Below are positions 37,371 through 49,975 of a DNA stretch of 64,000 nucleotides, one piece after another. Numbering within the stretch: the first letter of the stretch is position 1; each line of letters opens with the position of its first letter. Below the pieces are notes generated by a model that made no database searches, had not been told where the DNA came from, and saw only the letters and a list, made by a program, of their open reading frames with translations. The DNA is taken from contig NC_043002.1 in NCBI RefSeq assembly GCF_006345805.1, positions 115,320,001 through 115,384,000 on the forward strand, read 5' to 3'. The stretch comes from Octopus sinensis. Its lineage: Eukaryota. Position numbers and translations under genes: made by a program.

Positions 37371-38959
37371 ATAGTAGTGAGTTGATAGAAGGAAGCTTGG
37401 TGAAAAGTCGGGAGACAACATAGAGAATCCTTTTTTTCGGCTCGTCACACTCAGCGTCCAGTACTATAAACTATAGTATGAAATGCACAAAATTGTCGTA
37501 AACTAGATAGAGGCATGGTATATTTGGATTTGTAGATCGCATTCAGTCAGTGTATAAAACTACTTAGAATGATATATGTTACAAGTGTTCAATGCAAGAT
37601 GCTCCTTTCTCATATAATATAAACTAATTGCAATGATCGAATAACTAGTTGCCTACTGACAGAAAAGTCATGAAGACATCTTTTCAGTCAGTGGCTAGCG
37701 GGCAGAAAATCGATTATTTATGGCTTTATGCTGACACTTCACTCGATAATTCTGAAAATTCTGACTCAGTTTTAGTTCGTGATACAAAGGTAAGCAAGCA
37801 ATTTATAAATATTCGAGATCGATGAAAGATGATGTAAATAAGATAATTAATTCTTTCAATAATGTTATAGTATGAGATAAAGAGAAAATATTTAAACGTC
37901 AAAAAATCATTAGCAAATTGTCAATAAATGTGCATAAATTTCTCTCTTTTGTTTTTTCGAAAGGTAGTTGTATTCACGCTTAATCATTGCAAATTCTGTT
38001 GTAGTCAAGTGAATCACGTCCGGTCAAATAATAGGGGGCAACATTTGATCATTCTGTTTTTAATCATCATGTTTCATGCTTAATAGTTGATTATTATTGT
38101 CCGAAATGAGAGAGATGTAGCAAATCAAGGAACTGATGTTGTAACAATTTAAATCGAATACATGCCAAGAAAGCATTCAAATCAGTAAAATCGTTGTTGC
38201 TTTTGAGACAAATAGTATTAACAGCAACAAAAACACATCAATGGAATAATTGGCCGGCGATTTAAATGGAAAATATTAATATTCATCATTACGAGATCAA
38301 TACAGTGATATAGCCTCGCAAATAAAATTCTATAGCGCCATGTCAGCGGCCCAATTTCTATTGCCAGCTGAAAGTACTTTATTTCTTACCGAAATATCTT
38401 CAGCCTCTCGCCAGTGTAAACGTTTGTGTAAAACCGCTTCATTGTACGCATCTAAGACACTATGACAATGGTGCCAAACCATGGCCGAAAATAAATAATT
38501 TATGAGCATTTAATTCAAAAGCCAATTATTCTGGGACTATCTCATACAAACATCACTGTATGGCTCCTTCTATAATAAATTGTGTAATCATTGAAGAATT
38601 AAAATAAAGACAATGTTTAATAAAATATAAAATATATTGATGTCTTAAATAAGAATATATAAATAATTTGAATCAGTTTTCACTGCTTGCTGGAAATTTC
38701 TATCATCTTTCAATACGTTCGATAAATTCCTTTGAACTCAATGGATTTATATTTGTTGTACAGTATCATATAAGGCTACAAACATTGCTTTCAAACGTAG
38801 ACTATATAAACGTTTGTAATGGCAGTGCAAATAAAGGGTTGAATCGACTGTAAATGCATTACTTCAATAAATAATTCTAACTTTCAAATCTTACATTTCA
38901 AAATATTTGCCAGCAATCTTGATAATCTCAATGTATACATTGTATATATATATATATGT

Positions 38960-39361
38960 TTGGCGTGGTTATGTGATAAGAAGCTTGCTTCCCAACGATA
39001 TGGTTTCGCGTTCAGTGCAACTGCGTTGTGCCTTAAGTGAGTGTCTTCTGCTATAGCCTCAGGTCAACCAAAGCCTTGTGGGTGGATTTGATAGAAGGAA
39101 ACTAAAAGAATCTCGCCGTACATATATATGTGTATGCGTGTGGGGGATGTTTGTCTCCCACCATCGCTTGACTGCGACTCAAAAATTTGAAGAAGTTAGC
39201 AGGCATGAAACGATCGTAGTGTGATATTAATTATATTTTTTTAATAATTTTGATATATATTTAAATAATATTAATTAAATAATCATATGTATTGGCTTAA
39301 GTTTTTCATTATTTAATTTGCCTAATAGTGGTTTTGTCTCTAATTTAATATAATATATATA

Positions 39362-39421
<60 letters not shown>

Positions 39422-40345
39422 GAGTGGCTGTGTGGTAAGTAGCATGCTAACCAACCACATGGTTCCGGGTTCAGTCCCACTGCGTGACATCTTGGGCAAG
39501 TGTCTTCTACTATAGCCCCGGGCCGACCAATGCCTTGTGAGTGGATTTGGTAGACGGAAACTGAAAGAAGCCTGTCGTATATATGTGTATATGTGTGTAT
39601 GTGTGTGTGTGTGTGTGTGTTTGTCCCTCTAGCATTGCTTGACAACCGATGTTGTTGTGTTTACGTCCCCGTCACTTAGCGGTTCGGCAAAAAACCGATA
39701 GAATAAGTACTGGGCTTACAAAGAATAAGTCCCGGGGTCGATTTGCTCGACTAAAGGCGGTGCTCCTGCATGGCCGCAGTCAAATGACTGAAACAAGTAA
39801 AAGAGTAAAGAGTATACACGACGGGCTTCTTTCAGTTTCCGTCTACCAAACTAACTTACGAGGCTTTTGGTCTGCCCGAGGCTATAGTAAAAGATATTTG
39901 CGCAGTGGGGCTGAACCATGCGGTTGGAAAGCAAACTTATTGCCACACAGCCATACCTGCGCCTTGTCTAAGATAATTTGATTTTAGGGAAAATTAATAT
40001 AGGCGCAGGAGTGGCTGTGTGGTAAATAGCTTGCTAACCAACCTCAAGGTTCCGGGTTCAGTCCCACTGCGTGGCATCTTGGGCAAGTGTCCTCTGCTAT
40101 AGCCCCGGGCCGACCAACGCCTTGTGAGTGGATTTGGTAGACGGAAACTGAAAGAAGCCTGTCGTATATATATAAGTGTGTATGTATATGTTTGTGTGTC
40201 TGTGTTTGTCCCCCTAGCATTGCTTGACAACCGATACTGGTGTGTTTACGTCCCCGTCATCTAGCCGTTCGGCAAAATAGACCCGGGGTCGATTTGCTCG
40301 ACTAAAGGCGGTGCTCCAGCATGGCCGCAGTCAAATGACTGAAAC
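38960..40345. mobile_element. Cluster of SINE type B copies: + (38960-39175, partial), + (39418-39813), - (39814-39964, head only), + (40002-40345)
   Basis: Head (GC)AGGAGTGGCTGTGTGGTAA…GGTTCCGGGTTCAGTCCCACTGCG, internal TA/TG microsatellite, tail GGCGGTGCTCCAGCATGGCCGCAGTCAAATGACTGAAACAAGTAAAAGAGTAAA. Confidence 0.9.
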
Positions 40346-40984
40346 AAGTAAAAGAGTAAAGAGAGTTCCTTTAATATTTAACGTCTGATAAAAATCAACA
40401 AGAAACGCTTCTTGCGACAAACTAGTCGTCATATCTGCTTGGAATCATGTGTTATTATGTGTATTTCAACAACTCTTTGAATGCAATATTTGAAAATTGA
40501 ATTTCTAAACGCTTCCATTATTCTAGCCTACATGAGATTGGAATTTGGAAAAAAAAAGTTCTAAGGTATTTTAATAATTAATTGAATAGAAAATTACTGA
40601 AATGAATTTTTAAGGGATATTACATTTTGCCTGAGAAGTTAACGTTATGAATGCATTTCTTTAAACAATTGAACCTGAATGTTTTTTACAGAAACAAATT
40701 TAAATAAAGCACTGCATCAGTTCAATTTGAGGTTTATCTTCAAATTATAAATGTAAATTTTAATATAATACGGAGTTAAGGAGATGCTTCTAATACAATT
40801 CTAACAGAAACTAAACTACAATATTAAATTGAAACACATGTAAATAAGGAAAGATTAAAAAAATACGGAGTTAGACTAAAACTATAAACGTTTTACTAGC
40901 AACAGTCCAACTAAACACTCTGTCTTGTATTTGTGTAACTAATAAGATAATACACAAAAAAGGTAAAGTTACCTTCTTGAGTCA

Positions 40985-41170
40985 TGTTTCCCGGTTTCAT
41001 GACTTATACATTCCCCACCCGGACGGGATGCTGCTCCGGAACAGGATTATTCATTTTTTGCCAACTGAGTGGATTGGAGCAAAGTGTTTTGCTCAAGAAC
41101 ACAACGCATCGCCCAATCCAGGAATCGAAACCACAATCTTACGATCATGAGTCCAACGTGCCTCCACATA
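40985..41170 (-). mobile_element. Degenerate tRNA-derived SINE related to the type C head
   Basis: Revcomp GGACTCATGATCGTAAGATTGTGGTTTCGATTCCTGG…GTTGTGTTCTTGAGCAAAACAC. Confidence 0.65.
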
Positions 41171-44049
41171 TTTGTAACTAGAAAAGGTACCATTTCTTCT
41201 AGCTTTGACTCAAGGGCAGCAATTTTAGGGGAGGGGCAATCGGTTACATCATCGTTAGTACTTGACTGGTGCTTTATTTTATGGACTCCGAAAGGCTAAA
41301 AATCGAAGCTGACCTCGATCTATAATTAAATCAGTGATAAAGATACAAACTTTAGTCGGTAATGTTGATTCACTTTATTGTTCTGGCACTTCCCATTCTC
41401 AGCAGTTATCACTAGTTTTCTTGAGTGTATGTGTTTGTTTTTTTGGGGTTTTTTTGTTTAAATAATGATATCTCATTTCTGTTTCGGTTACAATTTTCAT
41501 GTTATTCGTCACCTGTACTTTGAATTTCGTCCTCACCCCCAATTAATATTGAAAATAGTTGCCTGATTTGACATTTAAATATGAAACAGGCTAGCTGGAA
41601 AGTTTTGAAATAAACAGTGTCAAGAGAGAGCTTCCACAAGGTTGTTTGAGCTGTTAGAAACAGCATCCAAATTCCAATTAAATCACATATTATTGTCTCA
41701 AAACAGCACATATTCGATATTGTATTACTGAGTATTCATTGCTTGAAAAAGGCGGAGTAGCCATAGATGGAATGCTTTGGATCATAGGTTTCTTCAATCA
41801 GGACCGACTTTGGATGAACAAATATCAACAACCTCGTATGTTTACATTCATTATTTATAATTCTGATTTAAGTAGAATTTATAGTTTATTTTTACTGAAG
41901 TGTTTTATTGTTACTTATTCTATGCCCCATAGAGAATTACTGTACAGTATATTGATATGTTGTACCTGGTAACATTAGAACATCGGTCCATAAGATTCTG
42001 ACAAACATACAAATAACGCATCCATGCTTTATTTCATCGTCTTACATACCCAGTAGTAATGATAATATTTTAATGAGTTACAAAACTTCATTGTAACCCC
42101 AATGTCAGAATTTTCTGAGTGCGCAGCGTGAGCATGCGCGGCATGTGTTTATAACCTGTGAGAATTTAATTTTCTTTCTTTCCAATTATCTCAGCTAAAA
42201 AATACAAAAATAGGCTGTTGAAATGATAATTTTCCAGAGTTCGATTCTCTATTGCCTTTGGCTTTTCATGAATTCTAAACCTCATACATAATATGCTGTA
42301 AGACAAACTTTAATTAGTTTCTAGAATAGCAATAGGAGATGTGCCCCCAAAGTTTATCAAGAATGTTCATCTTTACAAGTAGTATAGCTTTCTCAAAAAC
42401 ATCCTTCAAAAATAATATATGAAATACTTTATACTTCCTCTCAGATATACGATAAGCATCCATTGCCTAATTTAGCATACTCTCGTCTTCATTTACATAT
42501 GATTCAGAGTATTACATTACAAAATATCAATAGCTTTTAAATTTCTTTTCCAACTGTTCGAAGCCATTCTACGATTGGCTTATCCACATTAATTTTTAGA
42601 ATAGGATTCTCATTTACCCACATTCATTTTTAGAATAAGTTCATTTAGGAACGTATTGGCTCATTACTGTATTCTCATCATAGAAGCTCAGGAATTCGTC
42701 TCGGAAGCAAGATTGGTCAAAACTGAAATATATTGACATCCTGTTAAAAGACGACTTTTATTATAGTTGAGCTGCGCAATATAATATCATATGATATTTT
42801 CGCCAAATAAAAACCAACTCTTTTTCATCCATTTAATTACTGACAAACAAAATATAGTTCTCCCATAAAATGCTCACTCAGTTGAAATTCTACCCGTATT
42901 GAGAAGGAAATAATGTTTTAATGACAATTCTTTTCAAAGAAAGCAAGAAAGAGAACTCCTAAATTTAAATTAATTAAAACATTTAATGTAAATATACAAA
43001 TAGAGTCAATCGAAAGGATTGTCATTATAGTTGAAAATTCACATAATATTTGAACTATTTGGAAAATATAAATATACAACAGAAGATCTGCATATTGACG
43101 TGATCATAAGAGCGTTTGTAATATCGATTCATTGAACAGACAGTCTATGATTTTGACCGATCAGCATTTAGTAATTTATATAGCAATTTTACAGTTATGC
43201 TTTAAATCTGTTGAATACGTTTAAAGACATTAACTCATATAATGTATTGATTTTACTTTAGGTTTCTCATTTATACTTTGTTTTAGTTATATGTTAGCAA
43301 AGAAAATACCTATATTGTTTTTACTATTTTTCTTTCAAAGAACTAGAACAGAATGAGGTTATTTTGCGCAAAATAAAAGAATATGTTTATCTGTCTTTTC
43401 TAATGCTATAAAGACAGACATTCGGTAGTTCTCAGTATATTTCTACTGAAGGTAAACAAGACAGTAATGCGCAAGTAAATCCTTAGCGAACATCGTTGAT
43501 AACTATCGATGTTAGGAATAGCCAAACCCCCACTTAATAAGAAGTACAATCATTGACAAATCAATATAGTGAATGACCGAATTCTAAATTAAGACACAAT
43601 AGCTCCATCAACTATTACATTGCTTCTTCCATATATCCTAACAGGATTGACTCTCCTTTGTCTCCGCTACAGGTACCAGTAATAGAGTGAGGCTGAAGTC
43701 CTATAATACTTATCTTCAAGTGTTGGACTATCTTTCAATGACCTTAAATCTTTCCCTCTGGTAATTTGACTCATGATATATTGTTTCCACTTTATCATAA
43801 ATTATAGCATCATTTTTTGCCCATCATTTCAACTATTTCAGAGGCAATCAATTGAAGTCATTCTTATGATCTGTTGTTTTGTTGTTTTTTTTTTTGCTTT
43901 TTTTGTATTTCTTTTACAGTTATATGGAATTGTTCCTTATATCTCCTTTGACAACGTATTTAGTTCAATGCTACAGATTTCTAATGGGTCATTCACTTTG
44001 TTCACAGTATTTCTGAAGGCAAGAGTAACACAGGAACATGTGTAATTCG

Positions 44050-45010
44050 ATTGATAGATATTCATCTAAAAACCAAGTAGTCTCGCTGTGGCACTTACTA
44101 CTAGGCATATCTGCAACAATGAAATACCGAAACTTTCGTGCTCCTTAATTTAACTAGGGGGAGGAAAGACGAGTAAGATGGGAACTCCTGAGTGGAGGAG
44201 GCATTTGCCCAGCCACCTCCAAGGAGTAGTAGCGGTACACAAAGTAAACAGATAGGCAAAGACAAACAAAAGGCAGACAGACAGAGACAGTTCACCTGTG
44301 GGCCAGAGGCTAGAGAGTGTGAATGGTTTTATGACAATCAATCAGGTTTCCTTTTCTGGATGCGACCTAGGGTATCCGTGTGTGCAAGGGAAGCATATTC
44401 CCATTGTGGGTCTCCCCTAAGCTTTGTAAAGTATCAAAATTGTTGAAGGCTGAATTATCATCCGATCCTAGATGTGATCCTAGTTATGATAAAGATGTGC
44501 TTTTATAAGGAGAGTCTCAGTGATAGTGAGAACCCAAATCGACGCGATGCGATTTGGGGAGTTCCGGCTGATTAGGGAGGTGTGGTCCAGTGATGTGTTC
44601 TTGACATGAATATAGTTTGTGTTTCATGCTATAGAAAAGAATAAGTAATTGGTAAGTGCTTTCATAGAGTCTCTGATCTTGGAGTCAGTCTGGGTTTAGC
44701 AGGTGGTGTCTAAGTTGCGAATGGATTATGAATTGTCGGAGAATGTTAGGGTGGAATGAAGAGTCGCGTCATCAGCAAATATGTCATTGATGATAAGACG
44801 GAAGAGATTGAAAGACAAAACTGAACCATGGTGTTGATGGAGTGAGGGAGAGGAACAGCTCCATCAACACGCGGGGCAAAGGTGCGATCAGATCGTAAAC
44901 TATCGATCCACGAGACAAGGGATAGGTGGAGACCATAGGAACGAAGATGAGATAGGAACCAAATATGGTCAAAAACCTTTGGCTGATGTCGATTTCTTTA
45001 TTTAACCGAG
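44050..45010 (-). mobile_element. L2/CR1-group LINE 3' remnant, decayed
   Basis: Minus strand INDIFADDATLHSTL (RT catalytic motif), LYKA*GRPTMEY, GRIQKRK, and a 3' end GTAGTAAGTGCCACAGCGAGACTACTTGG. Confidence 0.7.
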
Positions 45011-45584
45011 TCATTAATCTTCTCCCGCCTTTCCTTTTTGAGAACTGACGATGATAGTAGCAGGAAGCTATTTATCAAAATGTGAATAAAATATGTGACT
45101 GACACAAGTCATTTACATAACAATGCAAAGTTGTTAATGAAGTCAGCGCTCAAAGTTTCATATGAGTGGTGAAGAAATAGTTATGAATTTGAACAAAAGT
45201 GTCATTTTAAGTAGTTCTTACATAATATGTAAGAAAATAAAGGACTGTAATATTCAACTTGAATAATAAACAAAAATCAAGATATGGAGCTTATATCAGA
45301 TTTTACTTATAATACGTTGTCGACATGTCAAACAATGGCATGTTATATGCAAGAAATATCTGGGAGTTTTACACCAAGAGAAGATAGGAAAGTGAAAGTA
45401 GTTGAATTAAGATGAATTCTTTGTATATACTTTTTTAATAACTATTTATAAAAGAAAACTTTGCATTGAATATTGGCAGATCCTTGGTTTCAGTAAGGAA
45501 GTAAGTTACTGAATCGGACCTTCAGATTAACTGAAGGTTCGATAGTTAAATTAACGTGTATGAGGTTGAGTATTCCACAGGTAT

Positions 45585-45835
45585 GTGCGCCCTTATAATT
45601 ATTTGCAACCCCAATCGGCATGACACAATGTTTGACAAAGCAGGACCTTTGAATTATAGGTTCAATCCATTATACGGTCTCCAAACAGTTTTCATCAACA
45701 CAGTTTCACTCACAAAACGTGGTTCGACTCGAGACTATAGTAAAGACAGCTGCCAAAAATACCACATAGCCGGATCGAACCCAATACTTCATGATTGCAA
45801 AGCGATCTTCTCAGCTACTCAGCCATGCCTGGGCC
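45585..45835 (-). mobile_element. SINE with a B-like head and the body module also found in the type C copy at 60950
   Basis: Head GGCATGGCTGAGTAGCTGAGAAG…GGGTTCGATCC. Body TTCAAAGGTCCTGCTTTGTCA…AAGGGCGCAC versus 60953 TTCAAAGGGCCAGCCTTGTCA…AAGGGTACAC. Confidence 0.55.
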
Positions 45836-47810
45836 CACCAATTGAATGCTAAGCTGGATGTTAATGGATGTTAGCTATATTGGAAAATACTTCAATAGCT
45901 GAAAGGATTATGAGGTAGATCAACTGTAAAGTAATTATTCCTGGTGGAGACAATAATAAAACTATCATAAAACGAATATTGCGTGAAAATTTACTGACAA
46001 TATATTACACCGTGGAGTAACAAAAGTAATTTCAAGCACGACTTGGACAGAAAAGCACCAGAAAATTTTAAGTGATAACATGATATCTGACGTATGTTAC
46101 AAGCCTGTTTTACTGCAGCAGTCTCGGGTAAGCGTTGAAATTTGAATGAAAGGACATGGGTGATATTAACTTCTTAGTTTAGACATTTGAATTAATGAAA
46201 TGATATAAAAAGGATTGTGTTTACAATAACGATTCCTTATTCAGACACAGGTTCAGTATCACACTAACACATAGAACGTAGGTACACATAGAAAGGGAGT
46301 CTAAAAATACTGTATGGTTACATCACAACACTAAGACACAACTATTTCACTTCAACTCTCCCTGCTTTAACATTACGCCAAAACACATACTGAATGTAAA
46401 CTACTTACGACTGGATATATCTCTATAAGCAGAGTTGGAAATGTGATTGTAGCATAAAACATGATTAAATGTCTTCTGTGGCTGGTGCTATCAAGTTGAG
46501 CTTGACCTGGACCAATTCCAGCTGAAACCTAAGTATAACAAATTGAAAATTTTCGAAAATTATTCATGTAATTAGTAGACAAAAGATACCTCAATGCGAA
46601 CCTAAAATCCATAAATAAGTACAAGTGAACAATACTGGATCAACAGAAACCAAATTTGATGATGGGGTATGTTACAAAGTGATTCTGTCTTAGAAATCTA
46701 TTTCAAAAGCGGCTTCAAAATTTACAAAATCGTAATCTCCAAATGCGAATATGCCAAAGTTATTTTGATTTGAGGCCACATAAAATTTCTAGTTCCTCCC
46801 AAATCTATTTATATTCAAATAATACTTTGAAATCCAGTCAGATTAATGGATTATACACCCTGAACTTATAGATTCTATTGAAAAATACACACTTTTGAAC
46901 CAACATTGAAAATTTTATCATTGTTTCTATCAACCAATCTTAAAACTTTTATCAATATTAAGTTTAACCACTTACATGTTTAAACACAGAAAATAATTTT
47001 GAAAACTATATGATTTGTATCGGCGTTATGAATTGTCACCATGAGTCACATTTTTGAGTTTTCCAAAGCCAGTCTTAAAATAATGATGCAAGGCAAAAAG
47101 ATTCATTTTATTTAAAAGATAATAATCACTATAATTTAGTTCTTGTGGCATTTAGAAAATTATAACTATCTAGTAATTATGCATTATAATAATTCAATCA
47201 AGGCGACGAGTATCGGAGAGAATGCTTCGTAGTTTTTCATCTGATTCTCTGCACTTTAAGTTCAAATTCCGCTGCGGCTAACTTTGCCTTTCGTTCTTTT
47301 AAAAGTGCCAATACAGGATGACGGATTGGCAGAAGAGTAGGAACGATATACTAAATGTCCAGTGTTATTTATTTTAGCTCAATGCGTTCTGAATTGAAAT
47401 TTGGCTAAAGCTAAATAGTTACTGGAGTTAATCCAACACCCGGTTTAATACCACCACCTGGTCCCCTGGGTGCTTTTAGTGAACCCACTCTGTCGTAAGC
47501 ATTCGAACCTGGTCTTCGATTTGAGACCTCCTTCCCTCTGACCAGTGTCGGAGGCCCTGTAAAGGGTCACGGACAATGCCTTCCGCCTAAATGAATTTTA
47601 AATGTGTTTCTTTGTTTGTCTGTATTCATATCTATGAATTAGTAATATTTAAAATTCGTTATTTTAATCAGTACTGATGCACCCCACAGTTTCTCATACG
47701 CATGAAATTTGCTGTGGTACTAAAATGTTTCCCTTATCCCTGAATTAAAGCATTCGTAAATTTAGCTAGTTATATGTATCAGAATATTTTGCTATTATAT
47801 AAGTCTCCCC

Positions 47811-48254
47811 GGATCTTCGGTTAGAACGGCAGTTTTTCTAGCGGTGTCATATGAAATTGTCATCCATAATTATGACCCTAGTATCGAACTATTGCATTTC
47901 AATCTGTTTTAGGGTTATGGTTAGTTAGGGTTATGGTTAGTTAGGGTTAGGGTTAGGGGTGGGGGGAAGGGTATCTTTTTTTCTTCACAAATGTTAATAA
48001 ACCTAATCTGTTTCTAAAACAAGGGACATATTCATACGGCACAGAATGGTTTTACCTCAATACACATCATTGATTGGTTGAAATTGCAGAAATTGAAGAA
48101 AAAAACAACAAATATCTTACAAACTATAGAATTTTCTCAATAAAGCCAAGAGAAGAAGATGTTTTATAAACACATTCTACCAGTATACGAAGTTTAAAAT
48201 GTTTTAGTTACCTAGAAATTATGTTAAAAACTGCCGCTCAAACCGAAAAGATCC
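47811..48254. mobile_element. MITE with GG-terminal TIRs of about 29 bp and an 8-bp TSD (Merlin-like by terminal structure), containing TTAGGG repeats
   Basis: GGATCTTCGGTTAGAACGGCAGTTTTT … AAAAACTGCCGCTCAAACCGAAAAGATCC. TSD GTCTCCCC at 47803-47810 and 48255-48262. Confidence 0.75.
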
Positions 48255-48849
48255 GTCTCCCCTGATACAAACAAGGACTTGTAGGACAGGAGATTCAGTC
48301 CTTCAAGATTCGCAGTTGACATTCTACGTTCATATAACAGCGACTTAATATTCATGTCGATAACGCAATAGTGAATTTGATCTCCCCTATGACTACCAGT
48401 TTTATGTGCAATCTATATGAATTGAAGGAGGAAAATTAACCGCAACAATAGTAATACGCTAAGGTCGAAAAAAAACTTTTTATAATAGTACAAGTAGAAA
48501 GATATATTTTTTCAACGCGCAAAATACTGATATAACAGTATATATGGGATAATATCCCTTACAAAGCAGAAAAATCTGTCAGCAACCAGCCAGGAGAATC
48601 GAACTCACATCCCTTTGTTAGGTTTATCTACTGTAATAATTTAATTGTTGTTCAACAAAGTACAACAGCCGTAGTGAGAATCATCTAAGTGTTCCTGAAT
48701 GTGAAGATATTCCTCAATTCTTAAATTGTGATTTCTTTTTGATTTTTTTGGGAGTAAACAAAATCAATCTCTGCTTTAGAAGTAATTTTATAAATGTTAG
48801 ATTCTGAAAATGCATTTTAAATATATTTTTATACATGTTTAAAACATGG

Positions 48850-49340
48850 TAGCAACTGTCTCGGAGTGGTGCTGACGAACATGACACTCTGATATTTGTG
48901 GCTATACCAAGAGTTGGCCTTCCTTATTTTCTTCTTAGTCCTTTGAATGGTATTCAATGACTTGCTCCTATAGAGTGGGCAAATCCCATTCCTATCGTTA
49001 CGTATGATAGTTTCGAATTTCTTCATGGCTCCTTTATATACTCCGATCCTTTCTATATGGCTGTATCCTGAGAACTGCATGCGGTGAACGAACTCTTTAA
49101 CTCTGTAGGGTCGCACATGCGGGACACATTTCCCATTACTCTGATGAGATCAGCCATCAATATATTGAATTTGGCATTGTCCGCGATAGCTGATGGAAGG
49201 CCAACTCATGGTATGATAGCCACAAATACCAGGGAGTCATGTTCGTCAACACCACCCCTAGAGGCGAACTGGTGTATCGCTTTAGAAGGGTCCTAGACAA
49301 GCTTAAGCTAAGAATTAAGGTTGTAGGAACGCCAGGTAAC
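48850..49340. mobile_element. Penelope-like element remnant with an internal inversion junction near 49195
   Basis: Minus: VKEFVHRMQFSGYSHIERIGV…GICPLYRSK…KANSWYSHKYQSVMFVSTTP. Plus from 49195: KANSWY..HKYQGVMFVNTTPRGELVYRFRRVLDKLKLRIKVVGTPG. Confidence 0.72.
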
Positions 49341-49374
49341 ACACATAGTATATATATATATATATATATATTTA

Positions 49375-49426
<52 letters not shown>

Positions 49427-49579
49427 AAATATTGAAAATTATATATTTAAATTATCCATTTGTTTCCATAACAGACTCATTATACGTTTATATAACAAAT
49501 ATAATTCTATAATTTCATCGGCAATTTATAGTGTGTGTGTGTATGTGTGTCTAAGTTTTGACCATTCAGTCATAACAAA

Positions 49580-49748
49580 GGTAAAACTTTCTGCATGAAT
49601 ATGTGGGAAGAAGCTTGCTTCGCAATCATATGGTTCCGGGTTCAGTCCCACTGAGGGGCACCTTGCGTAAGTGTCTTCTATAACCTCAGACTGAACAAAA
49701 CCTTGTGAGTGGATTTGATAGACGGAAGCTGAAAGACGACCATCGTAT

Positions 49749-49781
<33 letters not shown>

Positions 49782-49975
49782 GCCACCGCTTGACAACCGG
49801 TGTTGGTGTGTTCACGTCCCTGTAACTTAGCGGTTCAGCAAAAAGAATTGATGGAATAAAGTAACTGGTTTAGCAAAAAATAAGTACTGGAGTCGATTCA
49901 TTCAACTAAAAATTCTTCGAGGCGGTGCCCCAGCGTTTCCGCAGTCTAATGAATGAAATGAGAAAAAGACAGGAA
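49580..49975 (+). mobile_element. SINE type B
   Basis: Same head, (TG)n and GGCGGTGCCCCAGC tail. Confidence 0.8.

Noticed and set aside
47921-47966. True telomere or chromosome fusion site
   Set aside because: Only a few degenerate TTAGGG units, inside a TIR/TSD-bounded MITE.
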